A stretch of 64,000 nucleotides of DNA from Azolla caroliniana. Its lineage: Eukaryota > Plantae > Polypodiophyta. The stretch lies in NCBI GenBank assembly GCA_043228905.1, contig JBHGNT010000009.1, positions 5,456,001 to 5,520,000 on the forward strand, written 5' to 3'. This document shows, piece after piece, positions 12,504 through 23,162 of the stretch; position 1 is the stretch's first letter; each line of letters begins with the position of its first letter. A program made the position numbers and the translations under genes. The notes under the pieces were generated by a model that searched no databases, had not been told where the DNA came from, and was given only the letters and a program-made list of their open reading frames with translations.

Positions 12504-14591
12504 TCATGATATGTTATATTGATCATCATCATCATTGTCATTTACAGTATTGTCTTCCACCCCATCATTACGTACTATGTAAGACATCAGTACATAATCA
12601 AGTGCATCGCTTTGATCCAAGCGTATTGCATGCTCAAAAGCCCATTTTCCCAGCTCCAAACTTCCTGAGTTCCTACAAGCATGTAGCACAGTTTGACAAA
12701 CAAGAAGACTAGGATGAGATGGCATCACTGCAAATGCATTTTCTAGTTCACCTGTAATGCCAAGGAGATTAACCACTACGCACATAATGTGATGATGACA
12801 AGGAATAAAACCATAGTCTTTGCTCATTGCCTCCAAGTATGTTTGGCATTTATGTACTAGACCTGTTCTACTACACATACCGAGAAGAACAACAAAAGTA
12901 ACCACATTGGGCTGTACACCTTCGCCTTGCATCGTATTAAAGATATGAAATACCTTCTCAGAACTTCCAAGTTGGGCATACCCCATCATTAATGCAGTCC
13001 AGGAGACAACATCCCGGCCTCTAAGTTTGTCGAACGCTTGTTCTGCTTTTGGAAGCATACCACATTTAGCATACATATTCACCAAAGTATTCCCAATAAG
13101 ATCTTTATCCAAAAGGCCTCTCCTTTCGATTTCACCATGTATCTCCCCACCTTTTTCTATTGCTCCTGTGTTGGCACAAGCTTTCAAGCTCCATACATAT
13201 GTAATGGCATTAGGTGGGATACCCTCAAATTTCATCCTATTGAAATACTTTAGTGCTTCTTCACCTTGGCCATGTTGCGTATATCCAGCAATTAAGGTCG
13301 TCCATGAGACTACACCACGAATAGGAAGATTTTCAAACACATTTTGTGCTTTATTAAGCAATCCTGCTTTAGCATACATATCAATTAAAGTGCTTCCAAC
13401 AAAAGGGTCTCTACCCAATATCCCTTGTCTTTCAATCTCAGCATGTATTTCTTCTCCTTTTCTCATTGCTCCAAGTCTTCCACAAGCTTTTAAGCCACAT
13501 AAAAGTGTGATTGCATCGGGACTCACACCCATAAGCAGCATCTTCTCATAACACCGCAATGCTTTTTCGCTACACCCACAATCGGTATATCCTGATATCA
13601 ATGCATTCCAGGAGACAATGTCGTGATTTGGAAGGCGGTCAAATATGTGTTCAGCTGTTATGGGAAAGCCACATTTTGCATACATATCAACTAATGAGTT
13701 ACCAACAAGGGCATATATTTTCAACAACCCTTTCCTTTCGATATCCGCATGTATTTCTTGACCCTTCTCTATTGCTTTAATACTCCCACATGCTTTCAAG
13801 ATACAAACGTATGTTCCATCAGTAGGAAAAACTCCATCGTTTTGCATGTGTAGAAAACATCGGAGAGCTTCTTCAGCATTCCCGTTATCGGCATACCCTG
13901 AGATTAGTATATTCCAAGAAACAACGTCTCGGAATGGAAGCATATCGAAGACTTGATGTGCTACAATTAGAGACTCGCATTTCACATACATATCCACCAA
14001 GCTACTACCTACAAAAAGGTTCTCTTCGAGAAACCCCATCATCACAACTTCACAATGTAACCGAATTCCTCTTTCCAGATCTTTGAGAGTTGCACAAGCC
14101 TTGAATAATGCCACAAATATATGTGCACTCGGAAGTGACGAATGCTTTTCCTGCATTTGATCATAGGCTTTGAGAGCAAACTTAGGTTTTCGACATCTAA
14201 TATACCCAGATATGAGGGAATAACATGACCATTCATTGCGATAGAATACCTTTTCAAAAACAAGCTGAGCATTCACAATACATCCGACATCAATCAACAT
14301 TGGGATGAGATGGTTCCCAAGTAATGTGTAAACTTCTTGATGATCTATTTTCTGAAGAAATGCGTAGAAACGAAGAACATTTCCACGGTCTCCCTCCTTC
14401 TTGCATTTCTGTAAGAGGAATGTTAGATCCTCAACACAGGTTAGTTGTTGGTGGAGCAAGCCCTGTTCCAAGAGTGGCAAAACAACCTTCAATGGAAGGT
14501 TTTTCCAATGAGGGAACCCTGTTTTGGGACTTGTTTTCTGAGAGCAAATTGTTGGCCTTTGGTATAAGATCCTCTCTATGCATACATTCAT
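12504..14591 (-). CDS. PLS-class pentatricopeptide repeat protein with E domain and no DYW (probable organellar RNA-editing specificity factor)
   Basis: Intronless ORF, open to 14642, with first in-frame ATG at 14591 (~695 aa). Repeated P-L-S triplets (RDVVSWNILISGY, TYVCILKACG..GQEIH, VGSSLVDMYVKC) and an E-type C-terminus (VLHACRNSGSLELGKWAFEHAIRLDQSDALDYVLMS). Confidence 0.93.
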   Translation of the reverse strand: MNVCIERILYQRPTICSQKTSPKTGFPHWKNLPLKVVLPLLEQGLLHQQLTCVEDLTFLLQKCKKEGDRGNVLRFYAFLQKIDHQEVYTLLGNHLIPMLIDVGCIVNAQLVFEKVFYRNEWSCYSLISGYIRCRKPKFALKAYDQMQEKHSSLPSAHIFVALFKACATLKDLERGIRLHCEVVMMGFLEENLFVGSSLVDMYVKCESLIVAHQVFDMLPFRDVVSWNILISGYADNGNAEEALRCFLHMQNDGVFPTDGTYVCILKACGSIKAIEKGQEIHADIERKGLLKIYALVGNSLVDMYAKCGFPITAEHIFDRLPNHDIVSWNALISGYTDCGCSEKALRCYEKMLLMGVSPDAITLLCGLKACGRLGAMRKGEEIHAEIERQGILGRDPFVGSTLIDMYAKAGLLNKAQNVFENLPIRGVVSWTTLIAGYTQHGQGEEALKYFNRMKFEGIPPNAITYVWSLKACANTGAIEKGGEIHGEIERRGLLDKDLIGNTLVNMYAKCGMLPKAEQAFDKLRGRDVVSWTALMMGYAQLGSSEKVFHIFNTMQGEGVQPNVVTFVVLLGMCSRTGLVHKCQTYLEAMSKDYGFIPCHHHIMCVVVNLLGITGELENAFAVMPSHPSLLVCQTVLHACRNSGSLELGKWAFEHAIRLDQSDALDYVLMSYIVRNDGVEDNTVNDNDDDDQYNIS

Positions 14592-14664
14592 AACCTCACA
14601 AAGGGATTTCTCTTGTAATTGGGTCTTCTTTTTCTGAAGCAAAATTTGTGGGTTTTTGAGGGAG

Positions 14665-14820
14665 TGTCTACTCTGTGTGCAAAAAAATCATAAGCCTTAC
14701 CACGAGAGAGGAGTCCTGCTTTGGGGGTCATCTGATTGATGTCTACTCTGTGTGCAAAACATTCATAATAATATAAGCCTGTTTACTAGAGAGGAGTCCT
14801 GTTTTGGGGTCTCTGAGACC
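14665..14820. repeat. 75-bp tandem duplication just upstream of the PPR ORF
   Basis: TGTCTACTCTGTGTGCAAAA...AGAGAGGAGTCCTG at 14665 and 14740. Confidence 0.85.
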
Positions 14821-15991
14821 CTGTTATGGCATAGAGCTTTAAGGCTCCATAGGTAGTTTTGTCTCATTCTACTTTAGGACTCAAATCATTAAGGTCTAGC
14901 CAAAATGCTCCTCCCATGGGTTTTTCTTTTCTTTATTGCTCGCGAATGCCCCTCGCGGTTCTCTCGCCAGACCTGACTCGCAAACGAGAGGGATCATTTG
15001 GATGTGTATAGTTGCCCCAAGCAGTAGTGCATAATTGGTCAAGATCGGACTCAACAATGGCTTTATTTATGGAAATAAACTCATGGGCATCTTAAGAGTT
15101 TTTCCCGTAAGGCTTATTGTTATGGATAGACAACGTTTAGTATTCTCGCATTCGGAGTTTTCCTACTTCACGGTCGAAGCTTCTCCCGTTCCAGTACCCA
15201 AACATCAGGGTTTCAACTCACATTCTACACACATCTCCATTTACGAATGGGAGAGATATGATAACAATCGCACTTTGTTCTCGTTACGATGGAGTAGGTG
15301 TAAACCATGGCTGACACCTTTCTCTTAAAAAGAATGGCTTTACAAATTCATTTGTAGATCATTGGATGAATAATGCGCTGATATTTTTGAATAGCGCATT
15401 TCATATTCCATAAACAAAGAGTTGAAACTCATATTGTTGAATTCATTGATATATGGTAGCATCAATATTTAGAGGCATGGTCCTTGAAAACTCGACATTT
15501 TTTGCATCATTGAGTCCTATTGTTTTGGATCTTGCGCCTTTAGTAAAAAGTAAGATATACAACTAGTGGGATTTCTACCACATTCTAAGGACATGAATGA
15601 TTACATATTGCCTCTAGTTCCCTATGTTGTTTTCCTCTATTATAGTTTTGGTTCTACCAACAACAATGACTTATAAAAATTGATGATGTGATTTCATGGA
15701 TGTGATGATACTACCTATCTTCATGATGATGGGAACACAAAATGAAAATACTCAATATCCTAAAACACTTGTGCAATATAATTGTTGTGACTAATTACAA
15801 ATCAATACATGCTAACTATAATAATTGATTACATGATTATTGATAACCATAGTAGTTAACATTATCATTAATGAGGTAATTATAGCTATTGAAATATTAT
15901 TGTCATAAGATTTCTAATTTTGTGGAGAAATTAGTTTGGAAAGGATTAAAATTTGATGGAGGAGATGAAACGAAAAAGACGAGCGTACATT

Positions 15992-16450
15992 GCATAAGTG
16001 ATGACAATGAAGCGTTTGGTAAATACATGCATGTTTGGACACCCATGCAATGATAAGATCAAGTACATGTTTAATAGGAAAAGTGATGGCATATGTTAAA
16101 AGCATAAGTGATGACAACAATGTCTGTAGTAAATACGTACATATTTGGGCGCCCATGCAAGGATAAGATCAAGTACATATTCAGACACAAAATTGATGGT
16201 GTATCTTAAAAAGAAAATAATATTTTTATCCGGTCGGCGGTTAGAGAGCTTCAAAATGCTATAAAATGAATAAGAGAGCTCATTGAGTTCACAGGTTTGT
16301 GGAATAAAACACCTAGACATGGTCCATAACAATGAGTTTTGATATTCAAAATGAAGATGAACAAGAGATCTCAGTGTTGACTTCACATGTTTTGGGAATC
16401 AAACACCTAGATTTTGTACACAATCATGAGTTTTGAAATTAAAATGAACA
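15992..16450. repeat. Two adjacent diverged tandem duplications (110-bp unit x2 and ~95-bp unit x~1.7)
   Basis: GCATAAGTGATGACAA...GATAAGATCAAGTACAT at 15992 and 16102, and GGAAT.AAACACCTAGA...ATGAGTTTTGA at about 16300 and 16395. Confidence 0.8.
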
Positions 16451-16695
16451 ATGGAGCACCAAAGTCCTTATATCTCTATATATCTACCTATTAAGTTTTA
16501 TTTATATATGCTCGCTTAATATCATACCTAACCTTGTTTTTGGGAAGAAGCATAAAAGCAAAAAGGGTATGACAAATTTCCTTGGCTTTGGGAGCTGACA
16601 CATAAGATGTGTTGGCATAGTTCTCCTAGAGTGAAACTTTGGTTTTTCTTTGGAACCTATGGAGACATGTTATGTAGGTGAAATGAACCAACAAT

Positions 16696-17143
16696 TAACA
16701 ATCGGCAACGGTTCGGTTCGAGAGTGTCCAAACCAAACCGTTAAAAAATTTCGAAACCTGAATCAAACCGAACCGAACCACAAAACCATTTAAATCGAAA
16801 CCGTTTAAATTGAATTGTTTGCTCAAAATCCAAACCGTTAAACCATTAAACCGTTAAAAAATTTCATTATTTCAATATTTCAAAATTTTTCCTAAAATGT
16901 GAGAATTAGGCTTAAAAATGAAAAGGTTACTTAAAAAACAATTAAAAGTTTTTAAAATTATTATTATTATTTTACAAACCACAAAACTGTTTTAAATCAT
17001 GGTTTCAAATTGTTAAAACCGAACCAAACCATGCATCTCCCAAACAAAACCGAAACCAAACAGTTTAAAAAAACTTGAACCTAAACCAAACCAAACCAAA
17101 CCATTTTAATCATTTCGCGGTTCAGTTTGGTTGCCGATTGTTA
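16696..17143. mobile_element. hAT-family MITE (448 bp)
   Basis: Perfect 14-bp TIRs TAACAATCGGCAAC/GTTGCCGATTGTTA, 8-bp TSD CCAACAAT (16688-16695 and 17144-17151), and many internal AAACCG/AACC motifs. Confidence 0.95.
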
Positions 17144-17399
17144 CCAACAATTTTAAATGAGCAAAGTGTTTGATACGGCTCACCTCGACAAGAACATGTT
17201 GTGTCCTTAGGAACTTATAGAGTCCCTCTTTTAGTGTAAACTTGAGACAAACACTCATTATTTGTCACTTGATTCTTTAATTAAAACCTTGTCAAAAGTC
17301 GAAGTAATGAGAATTACCATTTCCCCCCAACTTCCATTATCCAAGTGTATATCGACAAAAAGCAGTCAAGCTTTGTGAAAACATAAACTCTACCTATCC

Positions 17400-17625
17400 T
17401 AACATTTGTTGAGTTGTGGGATTCGAACTTGATCTTTGCATCCCATAGATCTAATTCCCTTCCACAAGGTGACACTCAAGGTTGGATTAAGTGTGTTGAG
17501 CTTAACATAAGAGAACTTAAAAGGCTCTCTTGTGTGAAGTCTACACAATAGGACCCAAGGAGTTCTTTTGTGGGAACTCACCACAATAGAACTCAATGAG
17601 CTCTATCATATAGAGCTTCCCACTC
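17400..17625 (-). repeat. Dispersed repeat copy with a tRNA-like segment (B-box GTTCGAATCC); second copy at ~34145-34410 (+)
   Basis: The reverse complement aligns by eye with 34145-34410 (AGAG.CCTTT.AA.TTCTCTT.TG.T.AGCT.AA; TAGATCTA). GGGATTCGAAC is at ~17418-17428. Confidence 0.6.
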
Positions 17626-17831
17626 TATCACATAGAATCTTTACACATGAAGGGACTCCTTTTGGAAGGCGTGTGCATTATGAGCATGCATGTGTAGCAA
17701 GCAACAATTCTACATGTTGATTGTCTTTGGCCAACGTATGCAACAATCCTTGTCATTGATATTCCTTTCCAATCTTGGGTAAAACATCGACCCTAGGATA
17801 CACAATTGAGCAATCTTTTTACCTTCTCCAT

Positions 17832-18439
17832 TGTTATGATTTGACGCTTTCAAAACCTTCACCTCTCGGCCACAACCGAGGAAACACGAATCAATGCAGC
17901 AGAAAATCACAAACACAGAGAGAGACTCGAATGCACAGGGTTTAGCGTGGAAAACCCTAGACGGGAAAAACCACGGGAGTGCAAGACTCCAACTATCACT
18001 ATACGCAGGGAATGTACAATGGCGAGCTGCAAGGCAACGACCTTGAGCTCGCTGTCCTCGCCACAGGCGGCGGTATTACACAGAGGCGTCGACCTCTTCC
18101 TTTCTCTCTCTCTCTCTCACTCTCTAAGTGGAAAAACAGGAAAAATGAGCAACAACTAAACTGTTTGCCCTAAGTCATATTTATACACATATGACTTTCG
18201 GGCTATTTACAAATATAGCCTAGAGGGCCCTTGGCAAACGTATTCACAAATATGTCCCCGCATCCGGATCTCTCTCCGGGTACATTCGTCATCCGGCTCC
18301 GTAGCCGGGGTCTTCATCATCCGGATCCGGAACCGGGTCTTCATCATCCGGCTCCGATACCGGGTACTCCTCATTCGGGTCTTCATTCCCGATTCCCGGA
18401 CATTCGACCATCCCATCCGGAGGGACCGTAATCCCAACA
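17832..18439 (-). repeat. 3' LTR of the intact copia element
   Basis: Near-identical to 22555-23162, with the PPT adjacent at 18440-18453. Confidence 0.97.
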
Positions 18440-18449
18440 AACTCCCCCT

Positions 18450-21400
18450 TCACTTCGGCATGGGATGTCTTTCCAGTCCGACCCTCTTCCGGCACGCTTC
18501 CAGCTTGTCGGGTGTGAGCACTTTGGTCAGCATATCTGACCCGTTCTCGTCCGTGTGGATCTTCGTCAGCACGAACTCCTGGTCTTCTATCCTTTCCCGG
18601 ATCCAGTGATATCTTCGCTGGATGTGCTTCGTCCGGGAGTGATAGGCCGCATTCTTCGCAAGGTGGATGGCACTCTGACTGTCGCAGTAGAGTCGGTACT
18701 CCTCCTGCCGGATACCGAGCTCTCTAATGAAGTCCTTCATCCATATTATTTCCTTGCCGGCTTCAACAGCCGCCATGTACTCCGCCTCCGTGGTTGACAA
18801 CGCAACCGTCTTCTGCAGCCTCGACTGCCACGAAACAGCTCCCCCTGCATACGTCATCACATACCCTGATGTGGACCAGCTGGTATCTGCATCAGCCGAC
18901 ATATCCGAATCGGTAAAACCGTCGAGTTCGGGCTTACCGGAGCTGAATCGGAGGCACACGTTTGCCGTGCCCTTCAGGTATCGGAGTATCCACTTGGCCG
19001 CGTTCCAGTGCTCTTTGCCGGGATTGCTCATGTACCGGCTCACCACTCCGACTGCATATCCTATGTCCGGTCTTGTACACACCATTGCGTACATCAAGCT
19101 CCCGACGGCAGAGGCATATGGTACTTTCATCATGTCCTCCTTCTCAGCCTTTGTCTTGGGGCTTTGCTTGCTGGACAACTTGCAGTTTGCCGGGAGGGTT
19201 GACCCGACCGGTCTTGCTTCCGACATGTTGAACCGGTGAAGCACCTTTGTCACGTACTTCTCCTGTGACAGCCACAACTGCTTCTTCTTCCGGTCTCGGA
19301 TGATGTGCATCCCTAGTATTTGCCTCGCCGGACCCAGGTCCTTCATTGAGAAGGTTCGGTGAAGCGCTTTCTTCAGCATCCGTATCTTGACCTGGTCCCG
19401 TCCGACGATCAACATGTCGTCCACGTACAGGAGGAGTATTAGAAAGTCTCCTCCTTCGAACTTCTTCACAAACACGCAGTGATCAGACTGCGTTTTGTGG
19501 TACCCTTCGTCGGTCATGAAAGAGTCGAACTTCCGGTACCATTGCCGGGGAGCCTGCTTCAGTCCGTAAAGGCTCTTCTTCAACCGGCATACCAGGTGCT
19601 CCTTCCCTTTCTTCTCGAATCCTTCCGGTTGCTGCATGTAGATCTCTTCTTCGAGGTTACCGTGAAGGAATGCCGTCTTCACGTCCATCTGTTCTACCTC
19701 GAGGTCCATGCTTGCCGCTATGCTCAGCACCGTCCGGATGGAGGTCATCTTCACTACCGGGGCAAATATCTCGTCGAAGTCGACGCCCTTCTTCTGCTGG
19801 AACCCCTTCACCACGATCCTGGCTTTGTATCTTGGGGGGTTTCCGGCATCTCCCGGTTTCAGCTTGAACACCCACTTGTTTCGAAGTGCCCGCTTTCCTT
19901 TCGGCAACTCCACAAGTTCATATGTGTGGTTCTCATGCAGGGAATCCATCTCCTCCTGCATGGCACTTAACCACCTGCGGCTATGGGTGTCAAGCTTTGC
20001 TTCTTCAAAACTCTCCGGCTCCCCCTCGTCGGTTAGCAGCACGTGCTCTGGTTCCGGAAATCTCCGGGGGGCCCTTCTCTCTCTTAGAGGATATCTCCGT
20101 TCCGGAGCTTCGGTAACCGGCTCCTCCGTTTCCTCTTCATCCGAATCCATTTCGGGATCGGGGCCGGTTCCGGTATCAGTTTCATCTTCCTCGGCCGGTT
20201 CTGTTTCTTCACCGTCTTCGGCCGGATCCTTGAGTGCTAACCGGTCCCTTGCCGGTCGGGACTGCTCCTCGTAGAGTTGATCCTCACCGGTCGACTTTGA
20301 GCTCTTCATCTTCTTCTCCGACTCCCAGTCGGTGAGTGTCTTGTCCTCCATGAAGATGATATCACGACTCCGGAATATCTTTTTGTCGACCGGGTCCCAT
20401 ACTCGGTAGCCGAACTCGTCATCGCCGTAACCGAGGAATATGCATGGCCGGGTCTTTGGATCTAGCTTTCCTCTCCGGTCCTTTGCCACATGCACATATG
20501 CGAGACACCCGAACACCTTCAGATGCCGGTAGGATACTTCCCTTCCGGTCCACACTCTCTGCGGCGTGTCTCCGTTCAAAGGTACTGAGGGTGATCTGTT
20601 TATCACGTATGTCGTCGTCGACATTGCCTCAGCCCAAAACCCCTTGGGTAATTTCGCATGCGCCAGCATACTCCGGACCCTCTCCATTATGGTCCGGTTC
20701 ATCCTCTCGGCCAGCCCGTTCAGTTCCGGCGTCTTCGGCACAGTAAACTTGAGCCGGATTCCCTTCGAGCGACAGTACTCCTCGAACTGCCCCTGGTATT
20801 CCCCTCCGTTATCCGCTCGTATCGCTTTCAGCTTCTTGCCGGATTCCCTTTCCACTCTCGCGTGGAGTTCTTTGAAGACGCACAACACTTGGTCCTTTGT
20901 CTTCAACGGTGCCGTCCACAGCTTCCGGCTGTGGTCATCAATGAATGTCACGAAGTACTGGGCTCCGCCATGTGACTTCGTTTCTACTTGACACACGTCA
21001 GTGTGCACCAACTCCAATGGTGCGCTACGTCTCATCGGTGGCCTTGAGTGGAAGGAGGTTCGGTTCTGCTTACCGGCCAGGCAATCGGTGCACTTCTCCA
21101 GGTGCACATGCTTCACTGGAATAAGGTTGTCTTCTGCAAGCCTCTTCATCCCCTTCTCACTCATGTGGCACAGTCTCTTGTGCCACAGCTCACCGGCAGT
21201 GTCGGCTGCCACGTTCAACTCCTCCGGACACAACCAGGCATTCATAAGGTACAGTGTGTTGACTTTCCGGGCCCGAGCCACTATCAGGCTCCCCTTGCTG
21301 AACTTCATTACGCCGTTCCGGATGCTACCTGTGTAGCCTTCATCGTCTAGCCTCCCGGCCGAAATCAGGTTCAATCGAACCTCCGGAACGTGTCGGACAT

Positions 21401-22523
21401 CCTTCAACAACATTTTGCATCCGGTCGAGGTTGTCAACCACACGTCTCCTATGCCGGCAATCCGGCACGTACCTTCATTTCCCATCCGAACACAGCCATG
21501 CTCACCGGCTGTGTAGGATGAGAAGTATCTTCTTTCCGGGGTCAGGTGGAACGACGCTCCGGAATCGACCACCCAGGTAGTCTCATCGCCGGCAATGTTT
21601 AGTTCACCTTCTTCGGTGATGAGCATGATCTCCTCTTCACTTGCCGCGAGTGCCGTCGTTCCTTTCCGGTCCTGGCCTCGCCGATCCGAACCATTCCGGT
21701 CCGTGGCTCCCCGGTAAGCACCGTTCCGTTCCGAAGACTTCTTCGAATCGGTGTCGTCGGCTCCGTTGTCTTTTCGGTAATGCCGACAATTCTTTCGGAA
21801 GTGCCCCGGCTTCCCACAGTGGAAGCATGTGGGCCTTCCTCTTGACTGCGACCGGGTCCCCGACTTCTCCCGTCTTTGCGGACTCCGGTTCCGTTGTCTT
21901 CCCCGATCCGATTCGGTAAGCAGCATCTTCGGATCGGAGGCCGGTTCTTTATCTCTCCGACGCGCTTCTTCGTTCAAAATGCTTGTCTTTACCGTTTGTA
22001 GGGACAAGTTATCTTCGGTGCAGGAGGTGCTGAGAGTCACCACCAAGTTCTCCCAGCTTTCCGGCAATGTACACATCAGCATGATGGCTTGCATTGCATC
22101 CTCCAACGGGAACTTGATCGCCGCAAGCTGGTTCACGAATCCCATGAACGTGCTTACGTGTTCCACCATACTCTCGCCGTCCCGGTACTTGAGGTTCACT
22201 ATCTTCCTCATCAGGGAGGTCCGGTTCAACGCATTCTTCCTCTCGTAGAGGCCCGACAGCTTCTGCCACATCTCATATGCGTTGGTGTCGTTCGCCACAT
22301 GTTGTAGAACGCTCACGTCGACGTATTGCCGAATGGTTGCAACGGCTTTCCGGTTCAGAAGCCTCCATTCCGTCTCAAGTACCCCCTTGGGTATTTCCGA
22401 CCTGTCGATCGGTTCATACAGGTCCCAAACAATGAGCAGATCCTCCATCTTTATCTTCCAGTCGGCGTAGTTCTGCGCATTCAGCACCATCATCCTCGGC
22501 TGCCCGCTGCTGCCGCCTTCCAT
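18450..22523 (-). CDS. Copia Gag-Pol polyprotein (gag with CCHC knuckle, protease, integrase, RT, RNase H)
   Basis: ~1357 aa from ATG 22523. Motifs CFHCGKPGHFRKNC, WVVDSGAS, HKRLCH..CTDC, VHTDVC..FIDD..NGLAE, QMDVKTAFLHG, LLYVDDML, DSDM..EAEY..CDSQSA, in copia order (IN before RT). Confidence 0.98.
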   Translation of the reverse strand: MEGGSSGQPRMMVLNAQNYADWKIKMEDLLIVWDLYEPIDRSEIPKGVLETEWRLLNRKAVATIRQYVDVSVLQHVANDTNAYEMWQKLSGLYERKNALNRTSLMRKIVNLKYRDGESMVEHVSTFMGFVNQLAAIKFPLEDAMQAIMLMCTLPESWENLVVTLSTSCTEDNLSLQTVKTSILNEEARRRDKEPASDPKMLLTESDRGRQRNRSPQRREKSGTRSQSRGRPTCFHCGKPGHFRKNCRHYRKDNGADDTDSKKSSERNGAYRGATDRNGSDRRGQDRKGTTALAASEEEIMLITEEGELNIAGDETTWVVDSGASFHLTPERRYFSSYTAGEHGCVRMGNEGTCRIAGIGDVWLTTSTGCKMLLKDVRHVPEVRLNLISAGRLDDEGYTGSIRNGVMKFSKGSLIVARARKVNTLYLMNAWLCPEELNVAADTAGELWHKRLCHMSEKGMKRLAEDNLIPVKHVHLEKCTDCLAGKQNRTSFHSRPPMRRSAPLELVHTDVCQVETKSHGGAQYFVTFIDDHSRKLWTAPLKTKDQVLCVFKELHARVERESGKKLKAIRADNGGEYQGQFEEYCRSKGIRLKFTVPKTPELNGLAERMNRTIMERVRSMLAHAKLPKGFWAEAMSTTTYVINRSPSVPLNGDTPQRVWTGREVSYRHLKVFGCLAYVHVAKDRRGKLDPKTRPCIFLGYGDDEFGYRVWDPVDKKIFRSRDIIFMEDKTLTDWESEKKMKSSKSTGEDQLYEEQSRPARDRLALKDPAEDGEETEPAEEDETDTGTGPDPEMDSDEEETEEPVTEAPERRYPLRERRAPRRFPEPEHVLLTDEGEPESFEEAKLDTHSRRWLSAMQEEMDSLHENHTYELVELPKGKRALRNKWVFKLKPGDAGNPPRYKARIVVKGFQQKKGVDFDEIFAPVVKMTSIRTVLSIAASMDLEVEQMDVKTAFLHGNLEEEIYMQQPEGFEKKGKEHLVCRLKKSLYGLKQAPRQWYRKFDSFMTDEGYHKTQSDHCVFVKKFEGGDFLILLLYVDDMLIVGRDQVKIRMLKKALHRTFSMKDLGPARQILGMHIIRDRKKKQLWLSQEKYVTKVLHRFNMSEARPVGSTLPANCKLSSKQSPKTKAEKEDMMKVPYASAVGSLMYAMVCTRPDIGYAVGVVSRYMSNPGKEHWNAAKWILRYLKGTANVCLRFSSGKPELDGFTDSDMSADADTSWSTSGYVMTYAGGAVSWQSRLQKTVALSTTEAEYMAAVEAGKEIIWMKDFIRELGIRQEEYRLYCDSQSAIHLAKNAAYHSRTKHIQRRYHWIRERIEDQEFVLTKIHTDENGSDMLTKVLTPDKLEACRKRVGLERHPMPK

Positions 22524-22539
22524 TTTCTGCACTGCTGTC

Positions 22540-22551
22540 GCTCTGATACCA
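22540..22551 (-). promoter_or_regulatory. Primer-binding site (initiator Met tRNA)
   Basis: TGGTATCAGAGC on the minus strand, 3 bp from the 5' LTR. Confidence 0.95.
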
Positions 22552-22554
22552 GAT

Positions 22555-23162
22555 TGTTATGATTTGACGCTTTCAAAACCTTCACCTCTCGGCCACAACC
22601 GAGGAAACAAGAATCAATGCAGCAGAAAATCACAAACACAGAGAGAGACTCGAATGCACAGGGTTTAGCGTGGAAAACCCTAGACGGGAAAAACCACGGG
22701 AGTGCAAGACTCCAACTATCACTATACGCAGGGAATGTACAATGGCGAGCTGCAAGGCGACGACCTTGAGCTCGTTGTCCTCGCCACAGGCGGCGGTATT
22801 ACACAGAGGCGTCGACCTCTTCCTTTCTCTCTCTCTCTCTCACTCTCTAAGTGGAAAAACAGGAAAAATGAGCAACAACTAAACTGTTTGCCCTAAGTCA
22901 TATTTATACACATATGACTTTCGGGCTATTTACAAATATAGCCTAGAGGGCCCTTGGCAAACGTATTCACAAATATGTCCCCGCATCCGGATCTCTCTCC
23001 GGGTACATTCGTCATCCGGCTCCGTAGTCGGGGTCTTCATCATCCGTATCCGGAACCGGGTCTTCATCATCCGGCTCCGATACCGGGTACTCCTCATTCG
23101 GGTCTTCATTCCCGATTCCCGGACATTCGACCATCCCATCCGGAGGGACCGTAATCCCAACA
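22555..23162 (-). repeat. 5' LTR of the intact copia element
   Basis: TG..CA termini, followed by TSD TCCAT at 23163-23167. Confidence 0.97.

Larger units (their letters stand above)
17832..23162 (-). mobile_element. Full-length intact Ty1/copia LTR retrotransposon (Tnt1/Tto1-like, probably Tork lineage), 5331 bp
   Basis: TG..CA LTRs at 17832-18439 and 22555-23162 (608 bp each, about 5 substitutions), 5-bp TSD TCCAT, PBS TGGTATCAGAGC, PPT GTGAAGGGGGAG, and a single uninterrupted gag-pol ORF. Confidence 0.98.

Noticed and set aside
18555-22562. Many plus-strand and alternate-frame ORFs inside the copia element
   Set aside because: These are shadow ORFs of a GC-rich coding sequence with no independent motifs
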